A stretch of 64,000 nucleotides of DNA, taken from Escherichia coli (GTDB lineage Bacteria; Pseudomonadota; Gammaproteobacteria; Enterobacterales; Enterobacteriaceae). Numbering within the stretch: the stretch's first letter is position 1; each line of letters opens with the position of its first letter. Location of the stretch: NCBI RefSeq assembly GCF_011045215.1, contig NZ_CP049201.1, one strand, 5' to 3'. Below are positions 1-11,035 of this stretch, in pieces. A program made the position numbers and the translations under genes. The notes beneath the pieces are model-generated. The model saw only the letters and a program-made list of their open reading frames with translations, ran no database searches and was not told the DNA's origin.

Positions 1-1050
1 GTAAAGGTGACATTGCGGAATTCCACGTCGCCAGTCGCACGCTCGAGCACGCGCTTACCTTCGTCTTTCTCCTGCTCACTGTCCAGAATGGTAAACAGCG
101 TCTGACAAGCCGCCATACCGCGCTGGAACTGGGCGTTAACGTTGGTCAGCGATTTCAGCGGACGCATAAGTGCAATCATTGAAGAGAAAACAACGGTAAT
201 CGTACCGGCAGTCAGGCTATCCATGACACTTGGGAAGCTCGCCGCATACAGAACAAACGCCAGCGCCAAAGAGGCGATCAACTGAATGATCGGATCAGAG
301 ATGGAAGAGGCTGAAACCATTTTCATCCCCTGAAGACGCATTCGGTTACTGACTTTATCGAAGCGTTTCGTTTCCACTTCCTGACCACCGAAAATCAATA
401 CTTCTTTGTGGCCCTTCAGCATTTGTTCTGCGCTGGTGGTCACCTGCCCCATGGTGTTCTGCATGTTTTTACTGATGTTGCGAAAACGCTTCGATACAAC
501 GCGAATCGCAATCGAAACAATCGGTGCCAGCACAATCAAAATGATCGACAGTTGCCAACTGTAATAGAACATCATGATGAACAGGCCGATGATCGACGCA
601 CCTTCACGCACAACAGTAATCAGTGCGCCGGAAGAAGAAGAAGCAACCTGTTCGGAATCGTAGGTAATACGTGACAACAGCGTACCCGTTGACTGTTTGT
701 CAAAGAATGAAACTGGCATTCCCATCATGTGACCAAACAGGCGGCGACGCATGGTCATTACCACCTTTCCTGATACCCAGGAGATACAGTAGCTGGAGAC
801 ATAGCTGGTGATACCACGTAAAATCATCAGTCCGATCACCACCAGCGGCATCCACACCAGCACGGAGCGATCTGTTTTACCAAAGCCATCATCAAGAAGT
901 GGCTTAAGGAGCGATAACATGAAGGTATCGCTGGCTGCGTTGAGGATTAACGCTACGCCCGCCACGATCAGACCCGCTTTAAAAGGCGCAATGGTTGGCC
1001 ACAGTCGGCGGAACGTCTGCCACGTAGAGAGATCTTTGTCGTTATGCATT
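1..1050 (-). CDS. msbA: Lipid A export ABC transporter MsbA, N-terminal ~350 aa (gene runs off the window start)
   Basis: Reverse-strand translation from ATG at 1050 gives [27 protein letters not shown]..., matching MsbA; no ORF-table entry because the stop lies outside the window. Position matches K-12 synteny ycaI-msbA. Confidence 0.85.
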
Positions 1051-1085
1051 CAAAAAACCAGCATTTGTTGAAATAGCCGCATATT

Positions 1086-3350
1086 CTACCCGTTATCCAC
1101 TGGCACGCCAAACCACTGATGATACCAACGAGGTAAAATTTGCTCCCTGAGGCTGCTAATCCGCCAGCCTTGTGCTGAAAAATTGACCGTTAGTTGCCCC
1201 TGATGAGGAGTATCAAGCCACGTATAACCCTGTTGTTGATAGCGATGCTTAACTTTGTTAGAGGGCAGTCGCCATGCGTTATAGCGCGATGCCGATGCGA
1301 GTGCCACTTTTCCATTCACTCGCTGAATTAATGGCAACGATGATGAGGTATTACTGCCATGGTGAGGTACCTGAAGCAATGTTGCCTGCACTTGCTGCCA
1401 GTAACGGCTTAGCATCTTTTGTTCAGCGGGGACTTCAATATCACCGGTTAGAAGAATGCTATTCGTCCCGTCATCAACCTTAACCACACAGGAATGGTTA
1501 TTTCCTTTATCGTTGCTAGCTTGTAAAGGCCAGTGCACGCTGAAACGCAATCCTTGCCATTGCCACGCTTCGCCACGCACACAGGGCTGATGATGTTCCC
1601 AGTTTAACGGACTTCTGATCCATAACATCGGCCATGTGTGCAATATTGAGTCCAGCCCTCCCCGGTGATCCAGATGTTCATGACTCAGAATAACGCCTTC
1701 CGGTTCAAGATTATGCCAGTGGAGCCAGGGGATAATCAGTTGTTGCCCACTATCCCCTTCAGGCCAGGCCAGTCCCGTGTCATAGAGAATCGCTTTGCCG
1801 TTTCTGGCTATCACCATTGCCAGCCCTTGCCCGACATCAAGCATGTACACTTGCCACTCGTCAGGTCGAGGTTTTTGCCACAGCGGCCAGCACATCAGCA
1901 AGCCTACAGCCACACACATTGCTGGCAACGTTCGCCAGGCGTTTAATCGCCATACCACCAGTAAGAACCATGGGGAAAATGATAGCCATTGCCAACGTTC
2001 AGCAATGTTGATCCACCCTTCTGGCAAACTCTTTAACCCCCAGAAAAGTAAAGCCAAAGACCGGTCGGCAAGAAACCATAACCCTTGCTCCAGGATTAAC
2101 GGCCCGCTTGAATGCACAACCATCGCGGCGAGGATCAACGGAACCGTGATAAATGTCACCAAGGGAATTGCTAATAGATTTGCAATAAACGAGGTCAGAC
2201 TAATGCCATGAAATATGACGATTTGCACGGGCATAAGCAGAAGTGTGATTCCCAGTTGCAGATGGATGAGGGAAACAACTGCACGCAATACCGGCGGCAG
2301 TTGCCACTCAGGACAGGGAAACCACTGATACCAAAATATCAATGCCGCGACCGCAGCGGCAGAGAGCCATAAACTTTGCGAGAGAATGGCAACAGGATCC
2401 ATCAGCAAAATTGCCGCCAGACAACATATCCATACATCCCAGCCACTCCACTGTCGCCCACTTAACTTAAGCATTCCCCACGTAGCAAGCGCCACAACGG
2501 TACGCAATGCAGGAGGTTGCATTCCCGTCAGCCAGGCATAAAAAGCAGCACAGCAGATTCCGCCAATTAATGGCATTTGCCAGTGGATCCAGCGCCCAGG
2601 CAGAAAAATTTGTCCACTGCGAATGAGTCCGGCAGCCAGCAACGCCGCAAAAGCGATGTGCAATCCCGATATCGCCATTAAATGCGCCGTTCCAGTATCA
2701 CGCATGATATTTTTGATTTCTTTAGGGACGGATAACCGTTCCCCCATACCTAAACCAAGAATAACCGCATTCCACGGATAGGGTTGCAGCGTTGTTTGTA
2801 GTGACGCCAGATACTGTGCACGCAGGCTACAATTCGGTTCAATAACACTTGCCTGCAGAAAGCGGCCGGTGAGCGGCTGATGCTGGGCAATGGCATAACG
2901 CTGGCTATCAAAGCCGCCATCATTAAGTTGACCATGAACGGCACGAACTTTGAGTTTCATTGACCACAGTTGTCCGGCACAAACCGCTTGCGGAAGATAT
3001 TCGCCATACAGCACAAGGCCTGGCGCAGGGAATATACGTCGACCTTGTAGATGAGTAATTTGACCGTAATGAGTGGTCATGCCGTCAGTTGCAGTGATCT
3101 CAACAATTGCATCCTGCGTCGCGCCAGTTAAGGTTTCTCCTGCCCACAAAATTTGCTTTGCCGCTAATATACCCCAAATGAAAAACAGCAACGTCAGCGC
3201 GATATAACGTACGGTTTTAACAGGGATAAATGCCAGTACGCAGGCGAAGAGAGTCAGAAACGCAAGGGTTAATGTCCCAGGCAAATGGGGCAAAAGCAGC
3301 AACGGAAAAATTCCGCTAATTATGCATACGCCGACTGTCGTTATTTTCAT
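1086..3350 (-). CDS. ycaI: ComEC/Rec2-family inner membrane protein YcaI
   Basis: ORF 1086..3380; the K-12-like start MKITTVGVCIISGIFPLLLL is the second Met, so the likely start is 3350. Polytopic N-terminal half plus metallo-beta-lactamase-like HxHxDH motif (SHEHLDHRGG). Confidence 0.85.
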   Translation of the reverse strand: MKITTVGVCIISGIFPLLLLPHLPGTLTLAFLTLFACVLAFIPVKTVRYIALTLLFFIWGILAAKQILWAGETLTGATQDAIVEITATDGMTTHYGQITHLQGRRIFPAPGLVLYGEYLPQAVCAGQLWSMKLKVRAVHGQLNDGGFDSQRYAIAQHQPLTGRFLQASVIEPNCSLRAQYLASLQTTLQPYPWNAVILGLGMGERLSVPKEIKNIMRDTGTAHLMAISGLHIAFAALLAAGLIRSGQIFLPGRWIHWQMPLIGGICCAAFYAWLTGMQPPALRTVVALATWGMLKLSGRQWSGWDVWICCLAAILLMDPVAILSQSLWLSAAAVAALIFWYQWFPCPEWQLPPVLRAVVSLIHLQLGITLLLMPVQIVIFHGISLTSFIANLLAIPLVTFITVPLILAAMVVHSSGPLILEQGLWFLADRSLALLFWGLKSLPEGWINIAERWQWLSFSPWFLLVVWRLNAWRTLPAMCVAVGLLMCWPLWQKPRPDEWQVYMLDVGQGLAMVIARNGKAILYDTGLAWPEGDSGQQLIIPWLHWHNLEPEGVILSHEHLDHRGGLDSILHTWPMLWIRSPLNWEHHQPCVRGEAWQWQGLRFSVHWPLQASNDKGNNHSCVVKVDDGTNSILLTGDIEVPAEQKMLSRYWQQVQATLLQVPHHGSNTSSSLPLIQRVNGKVALASASRYNAWRLPSNKVKHRYQQQGYTWLDTPHQGQLTVNFSAQGWRISSLREQILPRWYHQWFGVPVDNG

Positions 3351-3503
3351 GCACCCCTCCCTGTTTATGGAAGTGTGCAATTTTGTTGAGCGGTTGTCTG
3401 GTGGGAATTTTGCGTTCCCCGAGGCACGTTCAGAAGAATTTAACGAGAGGGTGAAAACTGCTCAAAACTCTGCGAGGCAGCTTCCAGTTCCAGATTAGAT
3501 AAA

Positions 3504-3530
3504 TGAAAAAAGCACCCGACAGGTGCTTTT
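3504..3530 (-). terminator. Rho-independent terminator downstream of ihfB (approximate coordinates)
   Basis: GC-rich hairpin GCACCTGTCGGGTGC followed by a T-run on the minus strand, just 3' of the ihfB stop. Confidence 0.6.
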
Positions 3531-3555
3531 CTCTCGTTCAAGTTTGAGTAAAAAC

Positions 3556-3840
3556 TTAACCGTAAATATTGGCGCGATCGCGCAGTTCTTTACCAGGTTT
3601 AAAGTGAGGAACGTATTTTCCTTCCAGTTCTACTTTATCGCCAGTCTTCGGATTACGTCCGGTACGTGGTGCGCGGTAGTGCAAAGAGAAACTGCCGAAA
3701 CCGCGGATTTCAATACGCTCGCCCTGCGCAAGAGTCGAGGCCATATGCTCCAGCATCTCTTTTACTGCATCTTCAACCGTCTTGGCGGGAATGTGCGATT
3801 GCTGGGTGGCAAGTCTTTCTATCAATTCTGACTTGGTCAT
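3556..3840 (-). CDS. ihfB: Integration host factor beta subunit
   Basis: 94-aa [35 protein letters not shown]... matches IHF-beta essentially end to end. Confidence 0.97.
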
Positions 3841-3999
3841 GATTCCTCCGGTTCCTTAAAGGCAAATTAAGCGGCTGCTGTTGCTGCATTGATTAAGGGC
3901 GGCCGTAGCCGCCCTTAGTGCTTGATTACAGGACGAAACCTGCAATCTGTCAAGTAAACTCAACAAACTTCGGAATAAAAATCCCGAAGAGTCAGAGAA

Positions 4000-5673
4000 T
4001 TACTCGCCTTTAGCTGCTTTGAAAGCTTCAGCCATTGCGTTGTTGGAGAAGTTTGCATCTTCCTGTTTGTTAACAGTTGCGATTGCATCTTTCTCGTCAG
4101 CTTCGTCTTTCGCACGAACAGACAGGCTGATTGCACGGTTTTTACGATCAACGCCGGTGAATTTAGCTTCAACTTCGTCGCCAACGCTCAGAACCAGGGT
4201 AGCGTCTTCAACGCGGTCACGGGATGCTTCAGAAGCACGCAGGTAACCTTCAACGCCGTCAGCCAGTTCTACGGTTGCGCCTTTAGCGTCAACTGCAGTT
4301 ACTTTACCGGTTACGATAGCGCCTTTCTTGTTCAGAGCAACCCAGTTGTTGAACGGATCTTCTGCGAGCTGTTTAACGCCCAGGGAGATACGTTCACGTT
4401 CTGCGTCAACCTGCAGAACAACTGCAGCGATTTCGTCGCCTTTTTTGTATTCACGAACTGCTTCTTCGCCTGCAACGTTCCAGGAGATGTCAGACAGGTG
4501 AACCAGGCCGTCGATGCCGCCGTCCAGGCCGATGAAGATACCGAAGTCAGTGATAGACTTGATTTTACCTTCAACACGGTCGCCCTTGTTGTGGGTTTCC
4601 GCGAACTGCTGCCACGGGTTAGCTTTGCACTGTTTCAGACCCAGGGAGATACGACGACGTTCTTCGTCGATATCCAGAACCATAACTTCCACTACATCGC
4701 CAACGTTAACAACTTTGGACGGGTGGATGTTTTTGTTGGTCCAATCCATTTCGGAAACGTGTACCAGGCCTTCAACGCCTTCTTCGATTTCAACGAAGCA
4801 GCCGTAGTCGGTCAGGTTGGTCACGCGACCAGTCAGTTTGGTACCTTCCGGATAACGTTTAGCGATAGCTACCCACGGATCTTCGCCCAGCTGTTTCAGG
4901 CCCAGGGATACACGGGTACGTTCGCGGTCGAACTTCAGCACTTTAACAGTGATTTCGTCGCCCACGTTGACGATTTCGCTCGGATGCTTAACGCGTTTCC
5001 AGGCCATGTCAGTGATGTGCAGCAGGCCGTCAACGCCGCCCAGATCAACGAATGCACCGTAGTCAGTGAGGTTCTTAACGATACCTTTAACTTCCATGCC
5101 TTCCTGCAGGTTTTCCAGCAGCTGATCGCGCTCTGCGCTGTTTTCGGATTCGATAACGGCACGACGAGAAACAACAACGTTGTTGCGCTTCTGATCCAGC
5201 TTGATTACTTTAAATTCAAGCTCTTTGCCTTCCAGGTGCAGAGTGTCACGCACCGGACGAACGTCTACCAGAGAACCTGGCAGGAACGCACGAATACCGT
5301 TCAGCTCAACAGTGAAGCCGCCCTTAACTTTGCCGTTGATAACACCGGTAACAGTTTCAGCATCTTCGTAAGCTTTTTCCAGCGTGATCCAGGCTTCGTG
5401 ACGTTTAGCTTTCTCACGGGACAGCAGAGTTTCACCGAAGCCGTCTTCTACTGCGTCCAGAGCAACGTCAACTTCGTCACCTACCTGGATTTCCAGCTCG
5501 CCCTGGGCGTTTTTGAACTGCTCAGCCGGGATGGCGGACTCAGATTTCAGACCAGCGTCAACCAGTACTACGTCTTTGTCGATAGCAACAACAACGCCAC
5601 GAACGATAGAACCCGGGCGGGTTTCGATTTCTTTTAAGGACTCTTCAAAGAGTTGAGCAAAAGATTCAGTCAT
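4000..5673 (-). CDS. rpsA: 30S ribosomal protein S1
   Basis: 557-aa [35 protein letters not shown]... with repeated S1 domains; conserved cmk-rpsA-ihfB synteny. Confidence 0.97.
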
Positions 5674-5783
5674 GTTTAATCTTCAGGTTTATATTTAACG
5701 TCCACCTGGCTCCATGCCGGATGGGGTTGTTTAACATACCCGCTGTCATTCCATTGCAACGGGGGTACTGCAAATTCGGTCGC

Positions 5784-6467
5784 TTATGCGAGAGCCAATT
5801 TCTGGCGCGCGTATTGTAGCGCTTTTTCAATCACTTGCTCAATGCTTAAGGTGGTGGAATCCAACACTAAAGCATCGGCTGCCGGAACCAGTGGCGCTAC
5901 CGCTCGGTTACGATCGCGGTCGTCGCGTTCTTTGATCTCGGCCAAAAGGCGCTCAAAGTTAACACTAAAGCCCTTCTCCTGCAACTGTAGCATGCGGCGA
6001 TGCGCACGTTCTTCCGAGGAGGCGTCAAGGAAAATTTTCACTGGCGCATCAGGGAATACCACCGTTCCCATGTCGCGGCCATCGGCAATCAGGCCTGGTA
6101 ATTCGCGAAACGCGCGTTGGCGACGCAATAATGCTTCACGAACGCGTGGGAATGCCGCGACTTGTGAAGCTGCATTCGCCACTTCCTGAGTACGAATTTC
6201 GCCGCTGACATCTTCCCCTTCGAGGATCACTTCCAGATTGCCATTGGTTGACACAAAACGTACATCCAGATGGGATGCCAGCGGCACCAGCGCATCTTCC
6301 GATGCAACATCAACATGGTGATGTAATGCCGCTAGTGCCAGTACGCGATAAATTGCACCCGAATCCAGCAGATGCCATTGCAACGCTTCCGCCATAGCCT
6401 TACACAAGGTGCCTTTCCCTGCACCGCTTGGGCCATCAATGGTAATAACCGGGGCAATTGCCGTCAT
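5784..6467 (-). CDS. cmk: Cytidylate kinase
   Basis: 227-aa ORF with P-loop GPSGAGKGT; sits upstream of rpsA as in K-12. Confidence 0.95.
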
Positions 6468-6639
6468 CTTTATCTCCTTAAAACAGGCGTACCGTTAACA
6501 TAACCGCGCGCATTATACGCGCCGACGCCACAAATCGTTAACGTTGTGTGCAAAAACCAGTTTTGTCTGTATTCAGATGGGGATTTATTGCGCAATTATA
6601 GCGGGCTGGCAGAAGACCAGCCCGAAAGATGACAATGAT

Positions 6640-7404
6640 TTACTTACCAGAGGCGATACGATCACGGATGTGTTGCGCACGCTCTGTTGATGGTGGGTGA
6701 GAGTCAAACATGGACTGGGTGCGACCGCCATCCAGGCTAGCCAGTTTTTCAAAGCTGCCAACCAGCCCCTGGGTGCTGATGCCACGTTTCTTCAACAGAT
6801 CAAAGGAGAAATCATCTGCTTCGGACTCTTTATCGCGGGAGTATTTCGCATTGATAGCGCCTTCTGCGATATCACCCAATTGTGAGCGGGAAAGCTGGGA
6901 AGCCACACCGCTGGTAGCTGAAATGGCATCGCGTGCGGCAACGATCGCATAAGAAGCTTTCATTTCAGCCAGCGAGTGACCCAACGCGACGTGGCCCAGT
7001 TCATGGCCCAGAACGCCTTCAATTTCGTTATCGTTCATCATGTCCATCAGGCCACTGTAAACACGAACACAGCCGTTCGCCATCGCCCATGCGTTGACGT
7101 CGCTGGTCATATAAACCTTATAGTTGACCGGCGTGCCATTAATATTGTTACCCAATGCTTTGGCGATTTTTGCCAGACGTTTACCGTACTTGCTGGATTT
7201 ACTTGCGACTTGATTGCCGCTGTCCATTTCGGCACAGCCCTGATTGGCAATCGCTTTTGCATCGGCATCGCTTAATGTTGCTGCTTTATAGGCATTTAAA
7301 CCGGAGCTGATAGCCATATTGGTATCAATACCGTGGGTATTTTGACACCCCGACAGTAATGCTGCAGAGGTCACAATCGCCAGCAGTAATTTAGTATTCT
7401 TCAT
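6640..7404 (-). CDS. ycaL: M48-family metallopeptidase lipoprotein YcaL
   Basis: ORF 6640..7428; probable start at the internal MKNTKLLLAIVTSAALLSGC (lipobox LSGC); HELGHVALGH zinc-binding motif. Confidence 0.85.
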   Translation of the reverse strand: MKNTKLLLAIVTSAALLSGCQNTHGIDTNMAISSGLNAYKAATLSDADAKAIANQGCAEMDSGNQVASKSSKYGKRLAKIAKALGNNINGTPVNYKVYMTSDVNAWAMANGCVRVYSGLMDMMNDNEIEGVLGHELGHVALGHSLAEMKASYAIVAARDAISATSGVASQLSRSQLGDIAEGAINAKYSRDKESEADDFSFDLLKKRGISTQGLVGSFEKLASLDGGRTQSMFDSHPPSTERAQHIRDRIASGK

Positions 7405-7572
7405 GTGAATCATCCGTTGATTAATCATATATAAATATTATGTATCAACAACTTACATTGACAACTGACGCTACCATTAATCAAAATGACTCACAAGGTC
7501 CGAAAAAAAACGCCGGCAATGTGCCGACGTTTTGATAAAGAAAGTTTTGGCTATTTATTGGACGTTATTCAT

Positions 7573-8856
7573 TCAGGCTGCCTGGCTAATCCGCGCCAGC
7601 TGCTCGAAATAATCCGGAAATGTTTTGGCCGTACATTTGGGATCAAGAATCGTCACTGGTGTATCTGACAACGCCACCAGCGAAAAACACATCGCCATCC
7701 GGTGATCATTGTATGTCGCGATCTCGGCAAAGTTCAGTTTTTCCGGTGGAGTGATACGAATGTAATCGTGCCCCTCTTCTACTTCCGCACCGACTTTACG
7801 CAGTTCTGTTGCCATCGCAAACAGGCGATCGGTTTCTTTAACACGCCAGTTATAGATATTGCGCAGCGTGGTGGTGCCTTTTGCAAATAACGCCGCCGTG
7901 GCAATGGTCATCGCCGCATCAGGAATATGGTTCATATCCATATCAATAGCGTTCAGTTCACCACGCGTGCAGGAAATATAATCATCGCCCCAGCAAATGG
8001 TCGCGCCCATTTTTTCCAGCACATCAGCAAAGCGAATATCACCCTGCATACTGTTACGTCCAATACCGGTCACTTTTACAGTGCCGCCTTTGATTGCTGC
8101 TGCTGCCAGAAAGTAAGAAGCCGAAGATGCATCGCCTTCGACCAAATAAGTACCCGGAGACTGATAAGACTGCCCGCCTTTTACGACAAATTGTTGATAG
8201 TGCTGATTTTCAATTTCAACACCAAACGTCTTCATCAGATTGAGTGTGATGTCGATATAAGGTTTAGAAACCAGATCGCCTTTAATACGAATCACCGTAT
8301 CTTCCGGCGCAAGAGGCGCAGTCATTAACAGTGAGGTGAGGAATTGGCTGGAAACGGAGCCATCAACGTCAACGTTGCCGCCAGTAAAGCCGCCCTGTAA
8401 ACGCAACGGCGGATAATTTTCTTGTTCCAGGTAAGTGATCTTCGCCCCGCCCAGGCGCAGCGCATCCACCAGATGACCAATCGGGCGCTCTTTCATACGC
8501 GGCTCACCGGTCAGCACAATATCATTGCTACCCAGACAAAGAGCTGCCGCCAGCGGACGCATCGCCGTTCCGGCGTTACCGAGGAACAACTCCAGGGCAC
8601 CTTCTGCGTGTAATGGACCGCCGTTACCGATAATTTCGCAACGTGTACGATCGGCTGAAAGCGTATAGCTTACCCCTAACGCTGTTAATGCATTCAGCAT
8701 ATGGCGCACGTCATCGCTATCCAGCAGATTGGTTAATACTGTTTTGCCGTGTGCTAATGCCGCCAGCAATAAAGCGCGGTTAGAAACGCTCTTGGAACCG
8801 GGCAGATTAATAGTGCCATCGACACGAGCGATGGGTTGTAACGTCAGGGATTCCAT
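7573..8856 (-). CDS. aroA: 3-phosphoshikimate 1-carboxyvinyltransferase (EPSP synthase)
   Basis: 427-aa [38 protein letters not shown]... matches AroA; serC-aroA operon synteny. Confidence 0.97.
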   Translation of the reverse strand: MESLTLQPIARVDGTINLPGSKSVSNRALLLAALAHGKTVLTNLLDSDDVRHMLNALTALGVSYTLSADRTRCEIIGNGGPLHAEGALELFLGNAGTAMRPLAAALCLGSNDIVLTGEPRMKERPIGHLVDALRLGGAKITYLEQENYPPLRLQGGFTGGNVDVDGSVSSQFLTSLLMTAPLAPEDTVIRIKGDLVSKPYIDITLNLMKTFGVEIENQHYQQFVVKGGQSYQSPGTYLVEGDASSASYFLAAAAIKGGTVKVTGIGRNSMQGDIRFADVLEKMGATICWGDDYISCTRGELNAIDMDMNHIPDAAMTIATAALFAKGTTTLRNIYNWRVKETDRLFAMATELRKVGAEVEEGHDYIRITPPEKLNFAEIATYNDHRMAMCFSLVALSDTPVTILDPKCTAKTFPDYFEQLARISQAA

Positions 8857-8885
8857 GAACTCAACTCTCTACAACAGAAATAAAA

Positions 8886-8912
8886 ACCCCACAGGCTGGC
8901 TGTGGGGATTAA
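8886..8912 (-). terminator. Hairpin plus T-run between serC and aroA (serC-aroA attenuator/terminator; approximate)
   Basis: CCCCACAG-gctg-CTGTGGGG palindrome followed by a T-run on the minus strand, just 3' of the serC stop. Confidence 0.5.
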
Positions 8913-8926
8913 GCAAAATTTCGGCA

Positions 8927-10015
8927 TTAACCGTGACGGCGTTCGAACTCAACCATGAAGTCTGTCAGCGCTTTAACGCCTTCCAGCGGCATGGCATTAT
9001 AAATAGACGCGCGCATTCCGCCGACCACACGGTGACCTTTCAGTGCATGAAGGCCTGCAGCAAAAGACTCTTCAAGGAACAATTTGTCAAGCGCACTGTC
9101 AGCCAACTGGAACGGCACGTTCATCCGCGAACGGTTAGCTTTCGCCACGTCATTGCGGTAGAAATCGCTGTTATCAATCACCCCATATAGCAGTTCTGCT
9201 TTTTGCTGATTGATTTTATCCATTTCAGCTACACCGCCGTTCGCTTTCAGCCATTTAAAGACCAGACCAGATAGATACCAGGCAAATGTCGGCGGCGTGT
9301 TAAACATGGAGCCGTTATCGTTGAGGATGGAATAATCCAGAATCGACGGACACGCGACATTCGCTTTGCCCAGCAAATCTTCACGGACGATGACGATTGT
9401 CAGGCCTGCCGGGCCGATATTTTTCTGCGCGCCAGCGTAAATTACACCATAACGGCTGACGTCAATCGGACGGGAAAGAATGGTTGAAGAGAAGTCGGCG
9501 GCGACCACCACATCTTTGCCGAAGTCTGGCGTTTCGTCGATGGCGATACCGTCGATGGTTTCATTCGGGCAGTAATGCATATAAGCAGCATTATCAGAGA
9601 GTTGCCATTCACGCATTGGCTTAACCGCGCGCAGACCATCAACAGTCACTTTGGCGTCAAAGACATTAGGCGTGCAGTATTTTTTCGCTTCTTTAATGGC
9701 ACTTGCCGCCCAGTAACCGGCATCAACATAATCTGCGGTGGTTTTATCACCGAGAATATTCAGCGGTACCGCAGCAAACTGACCGCGACCACCGCCATGG
9801 CAGAATAATACCTTGTAGTTGGAGGGGACATTAAGAAGATCGCGAAAATCCTTCTCGGCTTCCTCTGCAACCTGAATGAACTCTTTGCCACGGTGACTCA
9901 CTTCCATCACCGACGTACCAAGACCGTTCCAGTCGCGCAGTTCCTGTTGAGCCTGTTTAAGCACCTCTGCCGGTAGCATTGCCGGACCAGAACTAAAATT
10001 GAAGATTTGAGCCAT
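8927..10015 (-). CDS. serC: Phosphoserine aminotransferase
   Basis: 362-aa [49 protein letters not shown]... matches SerC. Confidence 0.97.
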   Translation of the reverse strand: MAQIFNFSSGPAMLPAEVLKQAQQELRDWNGLGTSVMEVSHRGKEFIQVAEEAEKDFRDLLNVPSNYKVLFCHGGGRGQFAAVPLNILGDKTTADYVDAGYWAASAIKEAKKYCTPNVFDAKVTVDGLRAVKPMREWQLSDNAAYMHYCPNETIDGIAIDETPDFGKDVVVAADFSSTILSRPIDVSRYGVIYAGAQKNIGPAGLTIVIVREDLLGKANVACPSILDYSILNDNGSMFNTPPTFAWYLSGLVFKWLKANGGVAEMDKINQQKAELLYGVIDNSDFYRNDVAKANRSRMNVPFQLADSALDKLFLEESFAAGLHALKGHRVVGGMRASIYNAMPLEGVKALTDFMVEFERRHG

Positions 10016-10213
10016 TTCCCCTCACCACGTTGCGTTGCTATTAACCCGCGGTCAATCGATTGCGACCACAGGTAATACATTATTCCTGTGGCTATCGGTT
10101 TTATCATTCAGTGACACACATCGCAATGAGTAAAACCGTTGAGGGCAAAAATGTGGCTTGCATCACACAAAAGAATCTCTCGGATTATTAGCAAAAAGCC
10201 GATGTTTTTACTG

Positions 10214-10906
10214 TCAGGTCACCCGTTTTGCCCGACTTGCCTTCGTCCATTCTGGGTTTGCACAGCGCGGACATAATTGTTTTTCCCCCGCTTTCATATG
10301 AATGATTTCACTACAACGAATACAGGCATAGTCCGCCGACTCCGGCACCACTTTGTAACGCTGCGTACAATCACTGGGTAAAATAAGTAAACCCGATTTC
10401 ACCTTGTCATCTTCAAAGAAATAGACACTGATTTGCCCGTTGGTTTCGAGAATCGCCAGACGTACCTGCCCCAGCTGCTCCACGCCACGCAATCGTAGCT
10501 CCATAAAGAACTCAAATTCCGTCATGTTGGAGTTATTGAGTTTCGACCAGGCCAGCTCGCCATCTTCAATAATGACAACTGGCTTGCCTTCCAGAAGATC
10601 TTCCAGTTTTTCACTGTGCGCCATCAACCACATTACCAGGCGGTATAACAACGCCAGAGTAATAAAGACGATAAGTACCGGGACCATCGGCACATCATCA
10701 TAAAACGCCACATCTCCCGCCGCTGATCCCAGCGTCAGAATGATTAAAACTTCAAACAGCGACATCTGCCGCACACCGCGTCTTCCGGTCATTTTGAGGA
10801 ACAAAAAGACCAGTACAAAGGTATAAAGACTACGTAGTGCAACTTCGCCAAGGAAATCAAAAGGCACTTTATCAAATGCCATACGGTGGAGATCGAACGC
10901 CTTCAT
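10214..10906 (-). CDS. ycaP: DUF421-family inner membrane protein YcaP
   Basis: 230-aa ORF with N-terminal transmembrane segments; position between serC and ycaO as in K-12. Confidence 0.8.
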   Translation of the reverse strand: MKAFDLHRMAFDKVPFDFLGEVALRSLYTFVLVFLFLKMTGRRGVRQMSLFEVLIILTLGSAAGDVAFYDDVPMVPVLIVFITLALLYRLVMWLMAHSEKLEDLLEGKPVVIIEDGELAWSKLNNSNMTEFEFFMELRLRGVEQLGQVRLAILETNGQISVYFFEDDKVKSGLLILPSDCTQRYKVVPESADYACIRCSEIIHMKAGEKQLCPRCANPEWTKASRAKRVT

Positions 10907-11035
10907 TTTTATGCTCTTAACGTGGTTTATCCGCTAAAAGCATAGTCAACAGTTCATCGGCATGGCGGCGGTGATAGCGCCTTTGAGATAAAACCCGTAT
11001 TATTGCGCGCTTTCCGTACGACTAAAGTGATTTTC

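Noticed and set aside
408-1071. Two plus-strand ORFs of 88 and 87 aa at the window start
   Set aside because: Both lie inside the minus-strand msbA coding region, which translates cleanly to the MsbA N-terminal domain.
4498-5637. 379-aa plus-strand ORF
   Set aside because: Lies entirely antisense to rpsA, whose minus-strand product is unambiguous ribosomal protein S1; the translation is low-complexity with no motifs.
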